A stretch of 64,000 nucleotides of DNA, from positions 126,170,001 through 126,234,000 of the forward strand of contig OX597818.1 of the NCBI GenBank assembly GCA_951406725.2, written 5' to 3'. The notes under the pieces are model-generated. The model saw nothing but the letters and a program-made list of their open reading frames with translations. It had not been told where the DNA came from and did no database searches. This DNA comes from Octopus vulgaris. Its lineage: Eukaryota. The position numbers and the translations under genes are program-made. Positions 53,566-64,000 of this stretch are shown here, one piece after another (position 1 is the stretch's first letter; each line of letters starts with the position of its first letter).

Positions 53566-53600
53566 GTTTAACGTTTCGAGCGGAGCTCTTCGTCGGAAAC
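53566..53600 (-). ncRNA. Minimal hammerhead motif (U4C variant), element 53467-53658
   Basis: GTTT-CCGACGA-A-GAGC TCC GCTC-GAAA-CG-TT-AAAC. Confidence 0.65.
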
Positions 53601-53663
53601 ATAGGAGAAGGAAAGATCCCTAGAAGGGAAGACAGAGGATAAAAAATCGCCAACGGTACACAC

Positions 53664-53755
<92 letters not shown>

Positions 53756-53929
53756 GCTCAGAGGGGTAATTAGGCGGATAAACAAATTAGATACATCAAA
53801 TAAATTAAACATATTAGATATATTAGTTTTGGTGTAAAATACAAAAAATGTATAAATGTATACATGAAAAACGAGACAAAGCAAAAGATGGAAACTTTGC
53901 GACGATGACTGTTTAAGTATAAATATATA

Positions 53930-56175
53930 GGCGTTGGAGTAGCTGGTTGGTAAGAAGCTTGCTTCAAAGAAGCCTACTTAAAATTAGCTGTGAGAATTGC
54001 TGTTTTAGGGGAGTGTTTGGCCTCCCAAGATTGAACAACTTGTATACTAGTTTTTGTGGAAGTTGTGTTCCAGTTGTGGCGTTCTGGGTTCGACCTTGAC
54101 CGGGAGTACCTAGTGGCCGGAAGATTTTTTTGCTGTGTTTTTGAACTATTGACTTTCTTTCTTCTAAACTTTTTTTGACTTTCTTTTTTCGTGGATTGAT
54201 TTCTTTTTCTTCCTTCCATTTTATTGTGACTTTCTTTTGATTTCTTTTTTTTTCTTCTTTCTTTTAAAGTTTTATTTTGAACTATTTTTGAACTGTTATT
54301 ACAAAAATAAAAAAAAAAACATGGCTATGAAAAAAGACAATATTTTGGATTGGGAAATTATACCACCCAAACAGTGGTTGAAAGACCTTGAAGAGAGGAC
54401 GGTGGTGTTGAGGACTTACTCCAAGTCGCTCGGCACCATCGCCCTATTTGAAAAGACTGTAACTGAAAAGCAGTTGGCAGAGTGTCTGTCAACTATTAAA
54501 TTCATTTCCAGTGGGGTCAAATAGGCAACGGTGTGGTTGCTATTTGAGACCCCTGAAGAGGACATAGAAATTTTGTTTTTTCTCACCTATTGTGGGAAGA
54601 GGTTGACAAGAGCTTCGGTCTGCGGGTTACCACCCGGGATAACACCCGAGTGGATAGAGGAGACTATCTGCCGGGGTCTGGGTGGCAGCGGAGTCAAGCT
54701 CTTAATGTTAAAGTTTTTCCTGCGGCTGATTAGCTTGGGTCAAATGCTGTTTTGATCCTGTGAACCCAATCAGCCAATCTGGTTTTTCCAGATTTTTTGA
54801 AAATGGCCGGGTGCAGGTACCCAGTGATTCTTGAGGATCGCCTCTCTCCAAGATGTCCTTGGTGTCTGGAGCCTGGCAATAGGAAGAAAAACTGTCCCCA
54901 GAAATGATGTAAGGTCCTGGAGCAGTTGTTTGAGACCTCTGTAGAAGAGGGAACGAAGGCGGCCGAGGAGGCGGAGGGCTCCTCAAATAAGGGCCGCAAG
55001 AGGAAGAAGGTAAGTAACAATGTGTGCTCCCCGAAGGATCCTCGGGAAGAGGGAGGGGAGGCGAATCTCTCGGTCACGGAGGAGACGCACCCTCTCTCAG
55101 GTGAGAAGAAAAAAGAGGAAGAAGAAGAGAAACGGGACATTGCCGGCAGTCGGTGACATAGTACCGGAATGTCCTGGAACCTCGCCGGTGGGGTTTGTGC
55201 CACTGGCAGAGGAAGAGATACTGTTGGTGGGAATTGTGCCGCCGACAGTAGAAGTGACTACTTCGTCCTCGGAGGAAGACTAATTATTGGTCTTTTTCTA
55301 CAGAAGCGGAGAGGTAGAGAAAGTTTTGGAAAAGCACCATAAAGGAGTACCTTTAACTTGCACAAGGGATCCCGAATAGCCTCCGCAGATAGCTGTGGTT
55401 GTCATAACGTTACCCGAGTTGCGTACGCTGCAGGTACTCAACGAGCAATATCGCTTGTGGTCGGGCGATGCCAACACGGCACCCGACTGAGGCGTGGGTG
55501 ATGGCAGAGGATGGGGTCACAAGCGATGTTCGGGAGGAATATCGATAAGAAGTTGAAAAGTCTCGGTGTTATTGAAAGTTCCCAGTTTGAAAAAGAAAAA
55601 GGTAAGAGGCTTACTGCCTCATATTGTTATTGAATTGTGAACAATGTAAGAGGTTTGTTGCCTCATGAATAATATAAGAGCTCAATGTCCTCGGGGGAAA
55701 AAAAAACCATCGGTAGGCGTCGCTTTTTCCACCATTAATCATCATTTTCATTTTCGTTTCATATGACATTATGTCTGTGTCCAGCCCGCAGCCCTCCTAC
55801 CTCTATGTAAGGCCTTTATGGCCAATATAATGAAATAAAGAAGCTTGCTTCCCAACCACAAGGTTCCAGGTTCAGTCCCATTGTGTGGTACCTTTGGCAA
55901 TGTCTTCTACTATACCATCGCGCCGAGCAAAGCCTCGTGAGTGGATTTGGTAGACGGAAACTGAAAGAAGCCTGTCGTATATATATATATATGTATGTAA
56001 GTATTTGTGTGACTGTGTTTGTCCCACCACCATCGCTTGACATCGATGTTGGTGTGTTTACTTCCCCGTAACTTAGCGGTCTGGCAAAAGAACCAATAGA
56101 ATAAGTACTAGGCTTACAAAGAATAAGTCCTGGGGTCGATTTGGCCGCAGTCTAATGATTGAAACAATTAAAATA
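53930..56175 (+). mobile_element. SINE family A split by a 1.87-kb insertion
   Basis: Head 53930-53965 resumes at 55852 (CCAACCACAAGGTTCCAGGTTCAGTCCCA...). Confidence 0.85.
53966..55837 (+). mobile_element. ORF1-only L1/Tx1-like retroelement (HAL1-like), degenerate
   Basis: 14-bp TSD AAGAAGCTTGCTTC (53952-53965, 55838-55851); T-rich 5' UTR, ATG 54321, disrupted ORF with CPWCLEPGNRKKNC knuckle (54854-54895); terminal AATAAA; no RT or endonuclease motifs seen. Confidence 0.65.
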
Positions 56176-56276
56176 AAACAAAAATAGATTAAAGAAAAAA
56201 AACAAGATTTTTATTAATAGGTTTAACTTAGAGAGTACAAACGACAAAGAAAATTAAAGGGGTGGAAGAAAGATGT

Positions 56277-56400
<124 letters not shown>

Positions 56401-56446
56401 ACAGAGACAGACAGACACATACATAAATACATACACACACACATAT

Positions 56447-56491
<45 letters not shown>

Positions 56492-57035
56492 ATTCGTTAT
56501 TTTCTAATAGTAAAAAAAAAATTACAATCAAACATACAAGCGCTAATTTAAAGCAGTATGTGTATATGTGTGAACAGGTTTCCTTTAAAGATATTAATGT
56601 CTTTAATTTCTTATTTTCCTTTTTTAACCTTTTGCCAAAATATTTATATTGATGTAATGGAAACTATTTGTTGAAAAAAAGAAAAAAAAAAAAAGAAAAA
56701 AGCTTGGAATAAGCATAAAGAATAAAGTGATAAAATAAAGAAAAAAACCAGAAGCATTTCGATAAAAAGATATTATCGAAATAGGATCCTTTCTCACTTT
56801 TCTTTTCGACAAAATGAACTAAAACCTGGTATAATTCTCTCACAAGTTAAAGATTTGGAAAAGAAAAAGGATACGTGTTACTGATTGAATTTAAAATAGA
56901 ATATAAGAATATAAGATATGAAGAAAAAGCATAAAACGTACAGCCATAGACAAGAACATATATATATATATATATATATATACAAATTTCTGTATAAACA
57001 AACACACATAGACGTTTTCTCATACCCACATATTA

Positions 57036-57075
<40 letters not shown>

Positions 57076-57456
57076 ATCATACTTAAATTCACGCACACAC
57101 GCAAGCACACACAAGCGTGTGCACAAACACACACACACACACACACAAATACACACAGAGAGAATATTAGGCATTTAAACTTGTTTTGGCATGTAACAAG
57201 AAGTAAGTTTAAACTTTCAGTCAGGTTTTGAAGAGCATACTTATATTTTGTTTTATATACTTTTATCATTTTTTTTTTATTTTATGGCAAAATAAACTAA
57301 CAAAATGAAAAGCAAAATAGCTTAACATTTTTTAATAATTATATACCTTTTTGCAAATGGATCGAGAAAATATACATTATACTTATACACACAAACAGAC
57401 ACACTTATATGCATAGCTACACACATGCATAAATACATACATAATACATAGATACA

Positions 57457-57487
<31 letters not shown>

Positions 57488-57495
57488 GAAGGTGT

Positions 57496-57688
57496 CTATG
57501 TATGTATGTATGTATGTATGTATGTATGAACGTATGTATGTATGTATTTATGTATGTATGTATGAACGTGTGTATGTATGTATGTATGTATGTATGTATG
57601 TATGAACGTATGTATGTATGTATGTATGTATGTATGAACGTATGTATGTATGTATGTATGTATGTATGAACGTATGTATGTATGTATG

Positions 57689-57717
<29 letters not shown>
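57496..57717. repeat. (TATG)n with recurrent AACG interruptions
   Basis: Seen directly. Confidence 0.9.
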
Positions 57718-57719
<2 letters not shown>

Positions 57720-57925
57720 TAAATGGATCTCTTTCGGTTTCCACGATTAGAACTCCGTTTGTTCAATCAACTCTCTTCCCACTCTTTCTGTACACACACG
57801 CACACACACAATACACATACATGCACAAACACATACGCACACATATACACATGTATATGGGTGTTTGTGAGTGCAGGTATATATGTGTATAAATAAATGT
57901 GTATATATATATCTATATAAGTTTA

Positions 57926-57970
<45 letters not shown>

Positions 57971-58159
57971 GTATCTATGTGTATATATATATATATATAT
58001 ACACTGTGACTTACACATATAACAATCTACATGAATATATGTGAGCATGTGCATAGAAATATATACTAATACATGCAACACACGCACACATACATAAACG
58101 CAACATACACATATACATATACATATTGTATATATAGAGGTTTACATTTATGCATATGT

Positions 58160-58229
<70 letters not shown>

Positions 58230-58654
58230 TTATATACACAAACAGTATAAGTACATGTGTATATATATACATATATATATATATATGCTCACACACATAC
58301 ATACATATATATATATATATACACATACACACATATATTTTACTGAAACGCGCCCGCGCGCGCCCACACACTCACACAAATGAACACGAAGGTGTCTGCA
58401 AAATTCATTAGTGGTAACCCCAGTGGAAATAAACAATAAATGAAATTAAATTAAAGGAAACGATCTCCGAACATCTCCAAGTACTCCCTCTCTATCTCCG
58501 CTTCACATCCCACCAAATCATTCACTTCCACCTTCCCTCTAACCCCATTCCACTCCCATCTTTATTGGCAACTTAATCGCTGGCATTTCCTATAATACTA
58601 GAAAATATCACAAGAATGTACCTCCACCGTCCACTGAATACGGAGAGAAGATAT

Positions 58655-58785
58655 ACTTTTCTTCTCTAGGTACAAGGCACGAAATATTTGGGGAGGGGAC
58701 CAGTCGATTAGATCGATCCCAGTACGCAACTGGTACTTAATCTCTCGACCCCGAAAGGATGAAACGCAAAGTCGACCTCGGCGGA
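58655..58785 (-). mobile_element. SINE family B, 5'-truncated, 15-bp TSD
   Basis: TSD ACGGAGAGAAGATAT at 58640-58654 and 58786-58800. Confidence 0.85.
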
Positions 58786-58845
58786 ACGGAGAGAAGATAT
58801 TGAAAAGGGAATGATTAAAAAAATTTGAGAGAAATTGTAATAATA

Positions 58846-58935
<90 letters not shown>

Positions 58936-58936
<1 letters not shown>

Positions 58937-59485
58937 GAGTGAGAGAGCAGTGCATGCCATCAAAGTGATACTGGGATAAAATATACGAAGCCCAGTATAC
59001 CCATCATGACTACCCGTCTGATAAGGGTACACTAGGCACATGCATCACAACCATATGTGCGTGACATGGTGATCTCATATCAAGATAAACAGCACATGCC
59101 CTTGCAGGTGGGGCCCAGTTAGAATCTTCTTCTAGTCGAGTAAGCCATCCCGCTCAAAAGGTCCCTGAATAAGGGTTATTTAGGGATGTTGAACGAAACA
59201 TTCATGTTTCCAGGGGTGAATTATTCAAACCCCAAAGAATCCCTCTCAACACATGGCTATGATGCTCCCCCACTACTTCTGCACATGATCAGAGATGCAC
59301 ATATCATCAGCCACCAAGGGACATGCTCAACTGGTTAAAGTCAAACAACTGACAAGCAAATCTGTGGTATTGAGCAGAATATTTGTTGTAGCCCATCTTT
59401 TATACCAAGACAAAACAATGTACGTGATAACACTTCCAATCAGTTAAGATCATAAGCCACGAGAGCCACTGCCTGCTACTGCATC
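58936..59485. mobile_element. Unclassified ~550-bp probable interspersed element between (TTA)n and (TCA)n
   Basis: Complex, higher-GC block with sharp microsatellite boundaries beside the Dong-type cluster; single copy here. Confidence 0.35.
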
Positions 59486-59511
59486 ATCATCATCATCATC
59501 AACATCATCAC

Positions 59512-59565
<54 letters not shown>

Positions 59566-59569
59566 TATT

Positions 59570-60262
59570 AGTCTTTAACGCTTGATTTTGTGCTGTTACT
59601 AACAAACTTTCTCTCTCCCTTTTCTGCCTTCCTTTCTGTAACCATAGCCATGTCACACTACAACTATTTGCTACAACTATTTTAGGGAATCTACCATGCA
59701 AGGCCTTCTCCTGCCAGTCAGATAACTTTTGTCCTTTTTTCTGGTTCATAATTTCATAGGAGTCTATACCTACTCTAGCTAGCTCCACGCAGTTTCCTAC
59801 TGTTATTAGCCCTATCCACCTTTTCTAGGTAAGTATAATCTTGCTACTCCTGTTCTTTGGTGGAGTTCTCCATTCATATTGAATTCTTTCTTACTTCTTC
59901 TGTGTAGCTTTCCTAATTCAGTTTTTATCCAATCTACAAAAGCTGCTGAGTATCTAAGTAATGATACTGCCCAAGTATTTACAGCCTTCACCAAATTCGG
60001 ACCATTTAGCTTTGATTTCATTAGATTCCTCACACTTCTGATGTACTCCTTCTCAATTTTCGTTTTCACTTCTATAGATAGTACTCTGTCAGTTTCTAGT
60101 ACTCCCAGATACTTATAAATTTCTCCTTTGAATGATTTTAATATCTAGCCATCTGGTAATTCGATGTCATCACTGATGGCTACCTGTCCCCTTTTCATGA
60201 CTAATATTGCACACTTATCTACACTTATCTATGCCAAATTCGTATATCTTTGCTGAAGAGCC
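59570..60262 (-). mobile_element. R4/Dong-type LINE fragment (RT C-terminal region)
   Basis: FGIDKC, YKYLGV, LNGPNLVKAVNTWAVSLLRYSA, RLYLPRKGG, WQEKALHG, ESLLVTAQNQALKT. Confidence 0.85.
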
Positions 60263-60301
60263 TTATCATTATTATTATTGTTGTTATTGTTGTTGTTGTT
60301 G

Positions 60302-61583
<1,282 letters not shown>

Positions 61584-61587
<4 letters not shown>

Positions 61588-62604
61588 TAGTTTTATTTTT
61601 ATAGCGTGCTTTCACTTCACTACCGAACGCAGCTCTGTGTGCCTTGGGTATGTGCTGTGATTTGTTGTGATGCTCTGATGGTTATTGTATGGAAAGTGTT
61701 CTGCATAGGATGTGTGCAGTGCCTAGTAGTGCAATTTTCTGTATGTTATATGTGTTTGTAAGTCCTGGTGTTTTTGTTATGTATTTGTCTGAATATTTTT
61801 TTATCATGCCTAATACCTACTATGATAGGAATTGTTTCTGTTTTCAGGTTCCACATTCTAGTTACCTCTATTTCCAGGTCTTTGTATTTTGAGAGTTTCT
61901 CCATTTCTTTTAGAGACACGTTGTCATCTGCCGGTATTGATACATCAATTAGAAAGCATTTTTTTTCTTCATGATCTCTGACAACTATATCTGGTCTGTT
62001 GGCCTTAATTTCTCTATCTGTGTGTATCGGCATATCCCAGAATATGGTTGCTTTCTCGTTTTCTGTGACCTTTTCTGGTGTGTGCCTATACCATCTTTTT
62101 TCTGTTGTTATTCCATAATGTTGGCATAGCTTCCAATGTATGTAGGTTCCAACTCTGTCATGTCTGTGAATATATTCCTTCTTAGCCAGGACTGGGCAGC
62201 TAGAGATAATATGATTTATTGTTTCTTGTCCATCTCCACATATTCTGCAGTTACTTGTAATATTTCTTTTCATTACATGTTTTTGGTAATTTCTGGTGGG
62301 GAGGCTTTGGTCTTGTGCTGCAATTAAAAATCCCTCTGTTTCTGCTTTGAGTCCTGAGCTTCTCAACCATTGCTGGGATTTTTCTTTGTCTATTTCTTTT
62401 GCGTTTAGTTTAGTGCAGTATTTAACATGAAGGGGTTTTTCTCGCCATCGTTTTATCATGGCTCGTTGCTGTTCTATTTTTAGTTTGGATTTCATTTGTT
62501 TTATAGCTTTTGTTGTTTCTTCATCATCTTCTTCTTCTTCTTTGTGTTTATTAGGTGGTATGATTTCTTGTTTGTATTTGTCAGCTTCCTTAAATACTGA
62601 GAAC
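61584..62604 (-). mobile_element. 5'-truncated R4/Dong-type LINE, best preserved, in (TAA)n
   Basis: ORF 61746-62495: ETEGFLIAAQDQ, CRICGDGQETINHIISSC, RHDRV, NRPDIVV..LIDVSIP, KLSKY; (TTA)n both sides. Confidence 0.92.
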
Positions 62605-62672
62605 TTATTATTATTATTATTATTATAATACTTATTATTATTATTATTATTATTATATTATTATTATAATAC

Positions 62673-62733
<61 letters not shown>

Positions 62734-63101
62734 CATTATTATTATTGTAGTAGTAGTTATAGTGTTTAGCCCATGTCAGTGCTAATCGAGAAGACCTATA
62801 ATGAAAGACATTCTAATCGTAACCGTCCTGTCAAGTGTGTCCCTTTCTAAGGCAGTATGGCGTGATTTGATGGACGTTTGGCTACTATTACTAGCTGGTT
62901 GAGTAACCACACAGAACATTCTTCGTTGGAAGGGATTTAGTCGACTTAAGTGGTACCAGTTCTTGAGAAGGACTAACGTTATCAACCTTGGGAAAATGAA
63001 CAGAAAAGTGGGTCTCGTTGAACAGTACAAATATTGATTCATATAACTGCAGAGAAATGTGATTCGTGAAGTAGGTTATGGTTAGTTGTTGTATGTGACT
63101 G

Positions 63102-63488
63102 TGGAGGCGCAATGGCCCAGTGGTTAGGGCAGCGGACTCGCGGTCGTAGGATCGCGGTTTCGATTCCCAGACCGAGCGTTGTGAGTGTTTATTGAGCGAA
63201 AACACCTAAAAGCTCCACGAGGCTCCAGCAGGGGATGGTGGTGATCCCTGCTGTACTCTTTCACCACAACTTTCTCTCACTCTTACTTCCTGTTTCTGTT
63301 GTACATGTATTTCAAAGGGCCGGCCTTGTCACTCTCTGTGTCATGCTGAATATCCCCGAGAACTACGTTATGGGTACACGTGTCTGTGGAGTGCTCAGCC
63401 ACTTACACGTTAATTTCACGAGCAGGCTGTTCCGTTGATCGGATCAACCGGAGCCCTCGTCGTCGGAACCGACGGAGTGCTTCCATCA
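63102..63488 (+). mobile_element. tRNA-derived SINE family C, full length, 12-bp TSD
   Basis: TGGCCCAGTGG A box, GTTTCGATTCC B box; TSD TGTATGTGACTG at 63090-63101 and 63489-63500. Confidence 0.88.
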
Positions 63489-64000
63489 TGTATGTGACTG
63501 GTATGTGTTTTATCTACTTCAGAAATATAAGATGAAAAGTCTATTCTAGTGGGGTCAACTTTTTTTAACATAAAGGACGTAACTAATAATCACGTGGCTT
63601 TTCGCTGTTACGATTTGTTCTGCACAGCTCTTTGAGGTATAATATTTACTTGCAGCATAGACAGAAAGCCTCAAAATTTTAGGGTGTGGTGGAATATAGT
63701 TCACTATATCGACCTTATTAGGTTTCGAATTCAGGATGTTAGTAAGAAAGACAACAGGCAACCAAATACCGCAATTCATATTGGTCGTTCTTTTACAGAT
63801 TTTACCACGATACTGCAATAGCGTAAATATTGAAGTACAAAATTATACAGCTAGAGTCGGCTGTTTTCTCAGCAGCTGCTTTCCTTTAAGCTTTTATTTG
63901 GGACTAATTAGCAATTTTTCTTTAAGTTTTTAATTAGGAAAATAATCTATAAAAATATCAATAAGAGCAGCATTCTTTCCTCTTTGATATGAAAACAATC

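Noticed and set aside
57496-57717. Periodic interruptions suggesting a CRISPR-like or coded array
   Set aside because: Only (TATG)n with a propagated AACG variant; no unique spacers and no cas genes in this eukaryotic context.
61746-62495. 249-aa ORF as a host zinc-finger or nuclease gene
   Set aside because: It is the C-terminal part of a 5'-truncated R4/Dong-type LINE with a frameshift near its end.
62765-62915. Possible further repeat family shared with ~33365-33520
   Set aside because: Similarity (TAGCCC.., GCT(A/G)CTATT..AGC) is too short and diverged to establish by eye.
63102-63175. Possible tRNA gene (also the heads of SINE A, B and D)
   Set aside because: No complete cloverleaf; continues into a repeated SINE body bounded by a TSD.

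Overview
AT-rich, microsatellite-saturated metazoan DNA, intergenic or intronic. The repeat families resemble those of octopus/coleoid cephalopods; this is inference from recalled families, not a database hit. No intact host gene, rRNA, true tRNA or CRISPR array is supportable, and nearly all listed ORFs are microsatellite artefacts. The window is a mosaic of dead or non-autonomous mobile elements: about 40 copies of four tRNA-derived SINE families (my labels A-D), three mariner remnants, two MITEs, R4/Dong-type LINE fragments sitting in (TAA)n or (TACA)n arrays, and CR1-group and RTE 3' ends. The most interesting signal is a set of Penelope-like (PLE) derivatives, most of them in or next to (TA)n tracts. 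It includes a 2.2-kb near-perfect palindrome whose centre encodes a GIY-YIG-type PLE C-terminus, several smaller asymmetric fold-backs, repeated minimal type-I hammerhead ribozyme motifs with co-varying stems, and one element joining a Pol III B-box head to a hammerhead-bearing tail with an inverted tail copy (candidate Penelope-mobilised SINE). Also notable: a 1.87-kb ORF1-only (HAL1-like) L1/Tx1 derivative inserted with a 14-bp TSD into a SINE head, and SINE/LINE shared 3' ends with compensatory hairpins. Coordinates were read by eye and may be off by a few bases.
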